Source: Candidatus Latescibacterota bacterium (lineage in GTDB: Bacteria > Latescibacterota > UBA2968 > GCA-2709665). Taken from it: a stretch of 64,000 nt of DNA. The DNA lies in assembly GCA_965248435.1 (NCBI GenBank), contig OZ252100.1:4416001-4480000 (forward strand). The letters are read 5' to 3'. Below are positions 28,507-38,179 of the stretch, piece by piece. How positions within the stretch are numbered: position 1 is the first letter of the stretch; each line of letters opens with the position of its first letter. The notes below the pieces were generated by a model. The model saw nothing but the letters and a program-made list of their open reading frames with translations, was not told the DNA's origin and did no database searches. The position numbers were made by a program, and so were the translations under genes.

Positions 28507-28648
28507 CTGTAGGACCGGTCTCCAGACCGGGAACTGGCTCTACGTTGCTGCATAACGCCAGATCATAAAACCGGTGAATCCGCACCGGTATGCATTGGTG
28601 TCTATCTGTGGCTGATTACCCTTCCCCGACAGGAGTCGGGTCCTACAG
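28507..28648. repeat. Inverted pair of GTAG-type REP hairpins (REPIN-like)
   Basis: CTGTAGGACCGGTCTCCAGACCGG (28507-28530) and, on the minus strand, CTGTAGGACCCGACTCCTGTCGGGG (28648-28624). Confidence 0.65.
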
Positions 28649-28679
28649 CTAAGGTGCCTTATGATTCTGGCGGATGTCC

Positions 28680-30491
28680 TTATAAGTTGCCCAGTTCGAC
28701 TTGTATGGCCCACGACGGGGTAAAGCCGGCCAAGGTGCGCCGAATTGCGTAGCGCACTGTAACCCTGGACCGCTTTCCGCCCCAACCGAGGCGAGGCCCG
28801 CCTGCGTATCCCCGACCGGTCAGGGTGAGCAATTGACTGCCACCCCACACAGATGGGACGAAGGCATAGATGCGAGCTTCGTAGGCGGAGATCGTGTAGA
28901 TTGCCCCCCAGAGAGCGACCTGAAATCCTGTCCGTCCACCCCCCCGGAGATTGATCCCGCTCGCGAGGCCGGAGCCACCCTCCTCGAAGGCACTGATCCA
29001 CGACCGTTCACCCCAGACCTGCAAGCGGCTCCGATCGTCCGACCAACTCAGATCGGTTCTAACGTGTCGCCTGGTGCGTGTTTCGCTCAGTGTCTCCAGC
29101 TGGCTTCCGAAGGAGAGACGGAGGCTGAGGGTTCGGTTCAAGCGATGTGTGAGTCTGAAGCGGGTGCGTTCCCCCCTCGGAGGGAGCGCTCCGGCGTTTT
29201 CGGGGCGAATCCGGCCATAGCGGTCGAGGCTGGCCTCGAATTTCATTCGTTTCCTAGGTTTCCACACGCCACCGAGAAAGATCCCCCATTCGTTCTCAGG
29301 CGATCCGCTGTAAGCGGAGAAGCCCCTGCCGCGAAGGCTTTGAAATTGAGGGTCGTAGCGTCTGGCCAACCCGACGAGGCGGAGCCCGTCCAGTCGTAGG
29401 ACGGCTCCCGTACTCCACGCGGGATGCCGCCCGGATGAAAAAGCGAGCTCGCCGAAACAGGCGAACCGGCCGAAATGGAGGTTCCAGTCCAGGCCGGCCA
29501 GGTCGTTCTGACGTGACGGGGCCTCATCCTGGAGGAGGGGGGGGTTGAACCTGCTCCGCAGCAGAGTGGCCCCTATTGTAGCCGCATAAAGCGGATGGGT
29601 CAGCCGAATCCCGATTGTGCGCTCTTCCAGTCTGTCCTTGCGATGCCGGCCCGTCTCTGTGCTGTGCAGGCCGCCTGTTTTGATTTCCGCACCGGATTCG
29701 TGGATCTGTGCGTCCCACCTGCTGTGAGAGAGGATCGCACTGCCGTTCAGCCGGCGCCACGCACTCTCGGCGTAGAGTCCGCGAAGCGCGCCATTTTCTG
29801 TGGAGGACCGGTAGGCGACGCTCGGAGATGTCTGCGGTCGAGCTGAGCCAACTACCGACGAAGTCCGCTGGTGTCTGCTTAAGATTAGCCCTTGCCCGAA
29901 TCCGGGTCGGAAGTCGCCCAGGATAAGTCGATCCGTGCCCGGAAATCGAGAGGTGACGAGGTAGCCCGTCCAGAAATCAGCGGGGCCGGATTCTCCGGGG
30001 TCGCGCTCCGTGAGCACAGCGAAGTCCACGAGGTTCGGCACAGAGAACTCGGTCCGATGTGAGATTCGTTGCGCGTTCAAGTCTCCGGAAGTGCCAGAGT
30101 GTTCCGAGATGCGAAGCCTCGCCTTCGCTGAGAGGTGGAACGGGACCGTGACGGTCAAGTAAGGTTCGGCGGCGCGAAGTAGCTCGCGCGTCACGCCGTC
30201 GACCTGCAGGAGATCAGCGAGGTTGTGGAAGGGGCCGGACTCGGCTCGGTGGGTTTCGATCTGGTGAGCGAGCTCCGATGAAAACCATGGTAGCACGCGC
30301 AGATCGCCGGCCGAGGCGCGGTTGATGTCGAGACGCAGCCCCTCGATCCCTTCGAGAGTTTCCTGGTAGGCCTCCGCGTCCGCCGGGTCCAGGGACGGAT
30401 GCTCCTGGGCATTTGCGGAACAGCAGATCAGGAGGGAGACGGAGAAAGGGATATTCACCTTTCCCATCCAGTTGTGAAAGAAAAGGGTCAC
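28680..30491 (-). CDS. ComEA-like helix-hairpin-helix protein with C-terminal beta-barrel-like region
   Basis: LDINRASAGDLRVLP, GPFHNLADLLQVDGV; ERDPGE, LILGDFRPGFGQGL; start uncertain. Confidence 0.7.
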   Translation of the reverse strand: MTLFFHNWMGKVNIPFSVSLLICCSANAQEHPSLDPADAEAYQETLEGIEGLRLDINRASAGDLRVLPWFSSELAHQIETHRAESGPFHNLADLLQVDGVTRELLRAAEPYLTVTVPFHLSAKARLRISEHSGTSGDLNAQRISHRTEFSVPNLVDFAVLTERDPGESGPADFWTGYLVTSRFPGTDRLILGDFRPGFGQGLILSRHQRTSSVVGSARPQTSPSVAYRSSTENGALRGLYAESAWRRLNGSAILSHSRWDAQIHESGAEIKTGGLHSTETGRHRKDRLEERTIGIRLTHPLYAATIGATLLRSRFNPPLLQDEAPSRQNDLAGLDWNLHFGRFACFGELAFSSGRHPAWSTGAVLRLDGLRLVGLARRYDPQFQSLRGRGFSAYSGSPENEWGIFLGGVWKPRKRMKFEASLDRYGRIRPENAGALPPRGERTRFRLTHRLNRTLSLRLSFGSQLETLSETRTRRHVRTDLSWSDDRSRLQVWGERSWISAFEEGGSGLASGINLRGGGRTGFQVALWGAIYTISAYEARIYAFVPSVWGGSQLLTLTGRGYAGGPRLGWGGKRSRVTVRYAIRRTLAGFTPSWAIQVELGNL

Positions 30492-30602
30492 CAGGATACG
30501 GCTTAAGGACGCCGCCTTCCGAATAAAGCGTATGCACTACAGGATTTTGCGTGGACGTGGAGACGTGGAACGAGGAAGGAGCTTGCAAGACGTATACCCG
30601 GA

Positions 30603-30754
30603 GGAATTACGGATTGCGGATCGTGGAAAGAAAGGCATCATTCACTGCAGAGGCCGCGGAGGTCGCAGACAAAATCGAATGATGAGTGTCGAACTGCGGA
30701 ATGTCGAATGACGAAGGAGGGATATCTCACTGCAGAGAGGCAGGGGTCGCAGAG
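30603..30754. repeat. Cluster of degenerate 7-nt and 9-nt tandem units
   Basis: GGATTGC-like (30603-30627), CGAATGA/CGAATGT-like (30676-30718), TCACTGCAGAG..GGTCGCAGA twice (30642, 30727). Confidence 0.6.
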
Positions 30755-30782
30755 TTCTCCGTCTGCGGTCCGCCGTCTGCCC

Positions 30783-32696
30783 TTAAGGCTCGTCCTGCAA
30801 ATCGTCCGATAAGGGAACGATCTTTCGCCGACGGATGGTCAGGATGTACATCCCCGCGTTTTCGCGGTTTCCCCTGCTGAATGCGATTCTCCCTGTGGCC
30901 CCGGATACGCCCGAGAGGGTTTCGAGATGCCCTCTGAGACGCTCCCGCGTCGTTCCCCCTTCCTCCATCGCGCTGAGGACGGCCAGCATGGCATCGTAGC
31001 CGAGTGCCGCGGCAAAGGTCTGATCTCTCCCGAACCGCGTGCGGAACGAGTCGACGAAATCGCGAACGGATGACAGGTCGCTCTTGTCATAGTACTTGGC
31101 GACAAAGACCGTGCCATCCACGTAGCTACCGCCATCCCTGGCCACTTCTTCGTGGTTCCATTCGTCGCTGCCGAGCATCTGGGCGTTGATGCGATGGAAT
31201 GCGACCTGGGGCGCAATAAGGAGAATGTCATCCCTTCCGCCGGCAACCAGGAGACCGTCGATCGTTTCCACGGGCTCCGGCTCCACGGTGTCCGGATCGA
31301 CCGGTACAGGAGGGGGAGGACTGAGCTGGATGTCTCCGAGGAGGAGTTCGTTTACTTCATCCGCGAAGGTTTTGGGCATTTGAAGGGCAAGCCCGGCGTT
31401 TCGCATGCGCCTGAACTGGCCCTGGTAATCCTTGGTCCCGGGGGCGTACCATTCCTGTACCACGACTTCCGCCCCGAGTTCTTCCGCACGTGCCGTGAAT
31501 TCCTTTACGATCCTCGTGCCGTAGGAATCTCGTGATGCGAGGGTCGCCAGGTATTGAAGACCCAGCTTTCGCACGCCGTAGTCGGCAAGTCGCCGTCCCT
31601 GAGCGCCGGGTGTGGCATTAATTTGAAAGACGTAGGGGCTGAGCGAGGCAATCCCGTCGTCCGAGGCCGTCGGGGCGATGAGAGGTACCTCAAGCGTGCT
31701 GACTATGCCTGCAAGCGTGGTGGTTTCCATGCTTGTGAGCGCGCCGACGATGGCAATGACGTCGTGCTGGTCTATGATCCGTTGAGCCTCTTTGAAGGCC
31801 TCGATCGGGTCCCCTTTCGAATCCCCGAAGACGAGGCCGACCTGCTCGCCCGAAGAGAGCGGGTACTGTTCGCGAGCCAGTAAGATCCCGTCTCTGAGGG
31901 CCTTTCCACTGGAGGACTCGAGAGGTGCGATGACTCCCACTTTGTAGCGGGCGTGGATCGGTTCTTGAAGCATTTCTAGTGTTTTTGTTTCAGACTTCTT
32001 GGGCTGAGCGACCTTTCTTCGGGTTGAGGGTAGGAGCGTGCGCCGGACCACGGGGGCCAGCAGCCCGTTCGGGTGTCGTTCCAGAAACAGGGATAGCTTC
32101 TTGAGACCCTCCTCCCTGCGGCCCAGATTCAAGGGCCATCTTGCTTTCCCGAACGCAACCGCTTCTTCGATGGTCGATCGCCCGAAGTCGGCTTTCAGGC
32201 GCTGGATATCTCGGCCTGAGAGCGTCCCCGTGCCCGCCATCTGGCCCAATCTGTCAGCGGCCCTCGCCTTGAGATGGACGCTCGACTTGCCCGTGAGAAT
32301 CCTGGCATATTGTGCCGAAGCGCCATAGACCTGTTTCTGGTGAAAGTAGCAATCTCCGATGACCAGGTCGGCTTCAGGGAGATATCTGCTGTAGGGAAAG
32401 TACTCATACAGTTCGACTGCAGCTGCAATGGCTGGGCTGTACTCTTTGAGTTTATAGTGGGTCTTGGCAAGCATCAGCCGAGATGCGGAGGTGCGCTGAT
32501 TGGTAGGGAATCGATCGATAACTTCCCTGAACGCCAACCGGGCTTCGGCGTAGTTGCGGTTTATGTATCCCGCCAGCGCGCGTTGGAAGACGGATTCGGC
32601 CTGCCGATTGTAGATAACACCAAAGACCGGATCGTCGGCAGACAGAGATGTCGGTGCGAGGAGCGTGAAGGCGAGGATGAAGACCCGGATCCGCAA
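30783..32696 (-). CDS. Exported protein: BamD/TPR-like N-terminus + type I periplasmic-binding (LppC/LivJ-like) domain
   Basis: Signal peptide; FREVIDRFP, YFPYSRY; KVGVIAPL, AIVGAL, VPLIAPTA, AALGYDA, GATGRIAF. Confidence 0.75.
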   Translation of the reverse strand: MRIRVFILAFTLLAPTSLSADDPVFGVIYNRQAESVFQRALAGYINRNYAEARLAFREVIDRFPTNQRTSASRLMLAKTHYKLKEYSPAIAAAVELYEYFPYSRYLPEADLVIGDCYFHQKQVYGASAQYARILTGKSSVHLKARAADRLGQMAGTGTLSGRDIQRLKADFGRSTIEEAVAFGKARWPLNLGRREEGLKKLSLFLERHPNGLLAPVVRRTLLPSTRRKVAQPKKSETKTLEMLQEPIHARYKVGVIAPLESSSGKALRDGILLAREQYPLSSGEQVGLVFGDSKGDPIEAFKEAQRIIDQHDVIAIVGALTSMETTTLAGIVSTLEVPLIAPTASDDGIASLSPYVFQINATPGAQGRRLADYGVRKLGLQYLATLASRDSYGTRIVKEFTARAEELGAEVVVQEWYAPGTKDYQGQFRRMRNAGLALQMPKTFADEVNELLLGDIQLSPPPPVPVDPDTVEPEPVETIDGLLVAGGRDDILLIAPQVAFHRINAQMLGSDEWNHEEVARDGGSYVDGTVFVAKYYDKSDLSSVRDFVDSFRTRFGRDQTFAAALGYDAMLAVLSAMEEGGTTRERLRGHLETLSGVSGATGRIAFSRGNRENAGMYILTIRRRKIVPLSDDLQDEP

Positions 32697-32806
32697 GGGA
32701 GAAACCCCAGGTTCAGGATGATGGAATAGGACTGTTTCGAGGAGGTTTAGAGATGGCGCGGGAAGAAAAAGGGCGGGTGAAGAGGAAGAACATTGCTTTC
32801 CCGGCG

Positions 32807-32890
32807 AATATAAGGTTCAGCACCAAGGGGGTCAAGTGAAAAGCAGGTTTTGGTTTGACCCTTGACGCTATCCGGAGCAGGATCTAACTT
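32807..32890. promoter_or_regulatory. Divergent sigma-70 promoters
   Basis: Minus TTGACC-17-TATATT (32835-32807); plus TTGACG-17-TAACTT (32862-32890). Confidence 0.65.
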
Positions 32891-32951
32891 TCGCAACGGT
32901 CGTTCGCTTTTGTTCACATTAACAACACCATAATACGGTTCGCGTGTTCGA

Positions 32952-35063
32952 ATGGATGCCTCGATTTTACTTCCTGAGCTCGGACGTCCAGTCCATTCCC
33001 TGAATGGAATCGGCACTCGCCGGGAGCAGCTGTTGGCGGAAGTGGGCGTTTTTACGGTCGGTGACCTGGTCCTCTTCCCGCCCGCAAGATATGTCGATCG
33101 GAATCGGGAGGCAGGGATCTCAGAGTCGCCGTTGGGCCAGGAGACGACCGTGATCGGCCGTGTGGTAGATTTGGGAACGGTGCCGGGTCGCCGGAGGCGG
33201 TTTCGTGTGATGATTGAGGACACGTCGGGAAAACTGGAGTGCATCTGGTTCGCTGGTTTCGGTCATCTCCCCCAATCGTTGGCGCCTGGCGATTGGCTTG
33301 CAGCGGGGGGACGGGTGTCGATGTTTGAAAACCGTCTGCAGATGGTCCATCCGGAATTGGAGGTCCTTACGGATGGAGACGGGGACGTGCGTCTGCATAC
33401 AGGTCGCATCATTCCCATGTATCGTACCAGCGAACGGATGAAGGCGGCCAGGATGACGACGCGTTCTCTCCGGCGAATCATCTACAATGCTTTGGAGACG
33501 GAGTGCGTCGATCTTCAGGACCCGCTTCCTTCCGAATTGAGGGATCGATGCCGCCTTATGGCTTTCAGTGAAGCCTTACGGAAGATTCACTTTCCGAAGG
33601 CGATGACCGAGGTGGCGGACGCAAGACACAGGTTGGCCTTCGATGAACTCTTTTGTTTCCAGCTTCATATGCTTCGATTGAGGGAAAGGCAGGCCTCTCG
33701 ACCCGCGCCCGTTTTCGACGGGGCGCCGGGAGCCCTTACGAATGCCCTGATCGAATCACTCCCCTTTCGTCTAACGGGCGCTCAAGGGCGCGCGCTGGAT
33801 GAGATCTGGAGCGACCTGGCTTCTCCGGGTGCGATGCTTCGGCTCCTGCAGGGGGAGGTGGGCTCGGGCAAGACGCTTGTTGCAGTGCTCGCGATGACGG
33901 CAGCCGTTGATTCGGGCGCTCAAGCGGCTCTGCTTGTCCCGACCGAGATTCTTGCAAGGCAGCACGCGGAGACGCTCTGGAAAATTCTGGGTCCTGTCGG
34001 ACTTTCAGCGGAACTGTTGACCGGGGCCACGAGTCGGAGCGAGCGTCGACGGATCCTGAGCGGTGTGTCGTCGGGAGAGACCGGCTTAATTGTTGGGACA
34101 CACGCGCTGCTCCAGGGTGATGTGGCGTTCGCCAACCTGGGGTTAGCGGTGGTGGACGAGCAGCACCGATTCGGCGTCCTGCAGCGGGCGGCTCTGCGGC
34201 AGAAGGGCGTCGGGGTGCATCTGCTCGCAATGACGGCCACCCCGATTCCCCGGTCACTTGCGTTGACGGCCTATGGGGATCTGGAGGTGACGGTCCTGGA
34301 CGAACTCCCGGGGGGAAGCAGACAGGTCAGAACGGGATGGCGCATGGCTTCAAAGCGCGAGGAAGCACTGACGTTTGCCCGGGGCGAGGTGGACAAAGGG
34401 GGTCAGGCCTTTGTGGTTTGTCCAGCGATCGATTCGTCCGACGAGAATGACTTCAAGGCGGCGACGCAGGCCCTGGAGGAACTTGGTCGCGGGCCTCTAC
34501 AGGGACTCCGACTGGGGTTGCTGCACGGTCGAATGTCTGCCGACGAGAAGGACGCAGTGATGGCCGGATTTCGAGACGGCGTCATCGATGTTCTTGTATC
34601 GACAACGGTGATCGAAGTGGGGTTGGACGTGCCGAATGCGTCCGTTGTCCTGGTGGAGCACGCCGAGCGATTCGGGTTATCTCAGCTACATCAGATCAGG
34701 GGGAGGGTGGGGCGTGGGGATCGGGACTCTTTCTGCATCCTCATCTCCGGCTCGAGTGATTTGAAGCCCGAAGCGCGTGCACGGTTGGAGGCGATGAAGC
34801 AGACGCAAGATGGATTCAAGATCGCCGAACTGGACTTGAAAATCCGCGGCTCGGGAGAGATCTTCGGAACGAAGCAGGCTGGATTTCCTGCTTTCCGCTT
34901 TGCGGACCTGGCGAAGGATGTGGCATTGATTGTCAGCGCCAGACAGGAAGCCAAGCGTCTGCTGAATTCGGATCCAGACCTGGAACGTCCCGAGCACCAG
35001 GGACTTTGCCTTCGCGCGAGGGCGTTTGACCGGGACGACCTGAGGCTTGTTGAAGCAGGATAG
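32952..35063 (+). CDS. recG: ATP-dependent DNA helicase RecG
   Basis: RLAFDELF, LLQGEVGSGKT, DEQHRFG, MTATPIPRSL, GLSQLHQIRGRVGR, DLKIRGSGE. Confidence 0.97.
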   Translation: MDASILLPELGRPVHSLNGIGTRREQLLAEVGVFTVGDLVLFPPARYVDRNREAGISESPLGQETTVIGRVVDLGTVPGRRRRFRVMIEDTSGKLECIWFAGFGHLPQSLAPGDWLAAGGRVSMFENRLQMVHPELEVLTDGDGDVRLHTGRIIPMYRTSERMKAARMTTRSLRRIIYNALETECVDLQDPLPSELRDRCRLMAFSEALRKIHFPKAMTEVADARHRLAFDELFCFQLHMLRLRERQASRPAPVFDGAPGALTNALIESLPFRLTGAQGRALDEIWSDLASPGAMLRLLQGEVGSGKTLVAVLAMTAAVDSGAQAALLVPTEILARQHAETLWKILGPVGLSAELLTGATSRSERRRILSGVSSGETGLIVGTHALLQGDVAFANLGLAVVDEQHRFGVLQRAALRQKGVGVHLLAMTATPIPRSLALTAYGDLEVTVLDELPGGSRQVRTGWRMASKREEALTFARGEVDKGGQAFVVCPAIDSSDENDFKAATQALEELGRGPLQGLRLGLLHGRMSADEKDAVMAGFRDGVIDVLVSTTVIEVGLDVPNASVVLVEHAERFGLSQLHQIRGRVGRGDRDSFCILISGSSDLKPEARARLEAMKQTQDGFKIAELDLKIRGSGEIFGTKQAGFPAFRFADLAKDVALIVSARQEAKRLLNSDPDLERPEHQGLCLRARAFDRDDLRLVEAG

Positions 35064-35129
35064 TCTCTTTGTTGGTCGCTCGTGTCTCGAGGAAGCAGTG
35101 GGAAACCAGAAACCGGTACCTTTTTTACC

Positions 35130-35158
35130 GTAGGGACGCCCCGACGAGGCGTTTCCAC
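35130..35158 (+). repeat. GTAG-type REP
   Basis: GTAGGGACGCCCCGACGAGGCGTTTCCAC imperfect palindrome. Confidence 0.55.
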
Positions 35159-35208
35159 AGATTCCCAGTGATAACAACAGATCGACGCACTGCACAGGGG
35201 CTTTGTGG

Positions 35209-35237
35209 TTGACACCCCTTTTCTTTTGTGCTAGATT
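35209..35237 (+). promoter_or_regulatory. sigma-70 promoter of the pfkB-hflKC-coaE-gcvP-proS run
   Basis: TTGACA-17 bp-TAGATT with TGn. Confidence 0.7.
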
Positions 35238-35289
35238 GACTGCTCGTTCTGAGGGGTAGAAGGGAGTTCGCCTACAGAGGAGGTCTCGG

Positions 35290-36270
35290 GTGGCGCGTCC
35301 AGAGCGAAGTTTGGCGATTGTCGGCACGATCAACCGGGACACGATTCGCTCCTCAGACGGTGTGGAATCGGAGAGCTATGGCGGGCTGCTTTACAGCCTG
35401 CTTTCGCTGGCGGCCATAGCGAGTCCTGAAACACGGATCTACCCCGTCTGCAACGTCGGGAAAGACGTAGAGGACGCAGTAAGGAATTTCCTTTCTCCTC
35501 ACCGCCGCATCGAGACCGAGGGCATCCGATTCGTCGATGCCCGGAATCCCCACTGTTTCTTGGAATACGATGCGAATGGGGTCAAGCAGGAGACGCTGCT
35601 TGGGGGCGTGGCACCGCTGGAGTTCGACCGGATCCGCCCTTTCCTGGACTGCGATGCCCTGTGTTTCAACTTTATCACCGGTTCTGAGCTCTCCCTGGAG
35701 ACGCTGCAGGAGGTGCGGCAGGCGAGACGAGGGCTGATTTGTCTGGATGTCCACAGCTTGACGCTGGGCGTCGATCGACATCGCAGGCGGTTCTGGCAGC
35801 GCCCAGATCGCTGGGAATTTTGGCTGGCTTGTGCAGATGTGGTGCAAATGAACGAGGAGGAGGGATCCCTCTTGGCCGACGTTTCCCTACGCGAGGATGA
35901 AGCACTCCTCAGATTTGGGGAACAGGTTTTGGGCCTTGGGCCTAAAGTTCTCCTGGTGACTTCTGGAAAGCGCGGGTCACGCACGGTCTTCCGGAACGCG
36001 TCAGGGGATGTCGGGGTTGTCGGCCTTCCGGCGTTTCGTGCAGCGACAGTCAAGGACGAGACGGGGTGCGGGGACGTATTTTTGATGGGTTTTACCTGGG
36101 CCTACCTTCAGACCCGGGATGTGCCAAGAGCAACTAGATTCGCAAACGATGTCGCCGGTGCCAATTGCGGCCTGCGAGGAATCGAGGAGATTGGAAGCAT
36201 CGGCGATCAGATCGATTTTGAAGCGGTCCTCAATTCACAGGGCACGAAAGCACTTTGCCTTGATGCTTGA
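35290..36270 (+). CDS. PfkB family carbohydrate kinase
   Basis: VQMNEEE, VTSGKRGS, DETGCGDVF. Confidence 0.85.
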   Translation: MARPERSLAIVGTINRDTIRSSDGVESESYGGLLYSLLSLAAIASPETRIYPVCNVGKDVEDAVRNFLSPHRRIETEGIRFVDARNPHCFLEYDANGVKQETLLGGVAPLEFDRIRPFLDCDALCFNFITGSELSLETLQEVRQARRGLICLDVHSLTLGVDRHRRRFWQRPDRWEFWLACADVVQMNEEEGSLLADVSLREDEALLRFGEQVLGLGPKVLLVTSGKRGSRTVFRNASGDVGVVGLPAFRAATVKDETGCGDVFLMGFTWAYLQTRDVPRATRFANDVAGANCGLRGIEEIGSIGDQIDFEAVLNSQGTKALCLDA

Positions 36271-36281
36271 AGGGTGAGAGC

Positions 36282-37253
36282 ATGCAACAATACGATTTTC
36301 CAAACAGACCCAATTTCGATTTTAATTTCAGCCCCCGCGTGATTTATTACGCACTCGGCGCGCTGCTGCTGCTCTGGATTGCCAGCGGCATATACATCAT
36401 CCAGCCCGCCGAAAGGGCCGTTGTGTTTCGGTTTGGACGATCGACAGGGGTGACGGGCCCGGGCATTCATTATCACCTCCCGACGCCTGTCGAAAGCGTG
36501 GAGGTCGAAAAGGTCGACGAAGTCAAGCGGATCGAGATCGGTTTTCGAACGATCAGTGTGGAACCGACACCGCGCTATCAAAAAGTTCCAAGGGAATCCG
36601 TCATGTTGACGGGGGACGAGAATATCGTGGACGTCGAGCTGATTGTGCAATACCGCATTCGGGACATCGAAGCGTATCTCTTCAACGTCTCTGAACAGAC
36701 CCAGGCCGTCCGCAGCAGCGCTGAGGCAGCGCTTCGTCAGGTGGTCGGGCAGCACCCGATAGACGAGGCGCTCACAGAGGGCAAACTGGGGATCCAGGAG
36801 GAGATTCAGCTGCAGATCCAGGAGGTCCTGGACCTTTATGAGATCGGATTGCGGGTCCAACAGGTGAAACTGCAGACGGTATCTGTTCCCAGGGAGGTGG
36901 ATCACGCCTTCAAGGATGTGGCCAGCGCGAGGGAAGATCGAGAGCGTCTCAGAAACGAGGCCGAGGCCTACCGGAATGACATTATTCCTAAGACGAGGGG
37001 TGAAGCGGAGCGGATGATTCGAGGAGCGGAGGCCTACGAGGTGGAGCGGGTGAAGCGCGCTCAGGGTGATGCCGACCGGTTTCTGGAAGTGCTAAATGAA
37101 TACAGAAAGGCACGGGACGTGACGGAGACCCGGCTCTATCTGGAAACGATGGAGAAGATTCTGCCGAAGATTCAAAAGTACGTAATTGACAATGAGGGGA
37201 ATGGCGGATTGTTGAACATTCTCCAGCTGCAAAAGTCTGAAGGGGGGAAGTAG
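36282..37253 (+). CDS. hflK: FtsH protease modulator HflK
   Basis: AVVFRFG, PGIHYHLP, MLTGDENIVDV, AFKDVASARED, RLYLETMEKIL. Confidence 0.95.
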   Translation: MQQYDFPNRPNFDFNFSPRVIYYALGALLLLWIASGIYIIQPAERAVVFRFGRSTGVTGPGIHYHLPTPVESVEVEKVDEVKRIEIGFRTISVEPTPRYQKVPRESVMLTGDENIVDVELIVQYRIRDIEAYLFNVSEQTQAVRSSAEAALRQVVGQHPIDEALTEGKLGIQEEIQLQIQEVLDLYEIGLRVQQVKLQTVSVPREVDHAFKDVASAREDRERLRNEAEAYRNDIIPKTRGEAERMIRGAEAYEVERVKRAQGDADRFLEVLNEYRKARDVTETRLYLETMEKILPKIQKYVIDNEGNGGLLNILQLQKSEGGK

Positions 37254-37256
37254 GCT

Positions 37257-38117
37257 ATGAAACCCGCAGTGATCCTTATCGTCGTCGTGATCCTCGTGGC
37301 CGTGTTCGTGGAGGCCACGTTTTTTATCGTGGACGAACGGGAACAGGTTGTGTTGACGCAACTGGGGGAGCCCAGGCGCATCCTGAAGTCGCCCGGGCTT
37401 TACGTCAAGACACCTTTTATCCAGCAGGTGCACGTATTCGAGGATCGGCTGCTTTACAGCGACGCCGACCCAGCGCCGATTTATACCCAGGACAAGAAGA
37501 ACCTGATTGTGGACAACTACGCACGCTGGCGGATCGTGGACCCCTTGCAGTTTTTGAAGTCGGTGCAGAATACCCTCGTCGCGCAGTCCAGGCTTGACGA
37601 TATTATCTATGCCGCCGTCAGGGAAGAACTGGGCCGCCGGACGCTAACCGAGATCGTTTCTGGAAACCGCGGCGAGATCATGAGCCAGGTCACCGAACGG
37701 TCCAGACAGGACGCTCAGGAACTCGGAATCCACATCCTGGACGTTCGGATCAAGCGGGCCGATCTGCCGGAAGAGAACAAGAAGTTTGTGTTCGACCGGA
37801 TGCGTGCGGAGCGGTCGAGGCAGGCCAAGGAGTACCGCGCCGAAGGGGAAGAGGCCGCGCTGAAGATCCGGGCGGAAACCGATTTAGAGGTAACCCGAAT
37901 CACGTCCGGGGCTTTTCAACGGGCCCAACTGATTCGGGGAAAGGGTGATGCACAGGCCCTCGGGATCTATGCCGACGCCTTTCAAAGAGACCCGAAGTTC
38001 TACGAATTTCAGCGTACCCTCGAGGCCTATGAGGTCACCCTGGGTGAAGGTACCGTTTTTGTGATGCCCCTTAAGACCGAATTCCTGAAGTACCTCGGGA
38101 CCGGAAAGAAGAAATGA
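37257..38117 (+). CDS. hflC: FtsH protease modulator HflC
   Basis: TQDKKNLIVDNYARWRI, DVRIKRADLP, RMRAER, FYEFQRTLEAY. Confidence 0.95.
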   Translation: MKPAVILIVVVILVAVFVEATFFIVDEREQVVLTQLGEPRRILKSPGLYVKTPFIQQVHVFEDRLLYSDADPAPIYTQDKKNLIVDNYARWRIVDPLQFLKSVQNTLVAQSRLDDIIYAAVREELGRRTLTEIVSGNRGEIMSQVTERSRQDAQELGIHILDVRIKRADLPEENKKFVFDRMRAERSRQAKEYRAEGEEAALKIRAETDLEVTRITSGAFQRAQLIRGKGDAQALGIYADAFQRDPKFYEFQRTLEAYEVTLGEGTVFVMPLKTEFLKYLGTGKKK

Positions 38118-38179
38118 GCCCAGGTCTTCCCAGCAGGAAGGGCTCGCTGCCGAGCGGGCCGGCCCTGCTGAGGAGGTTG

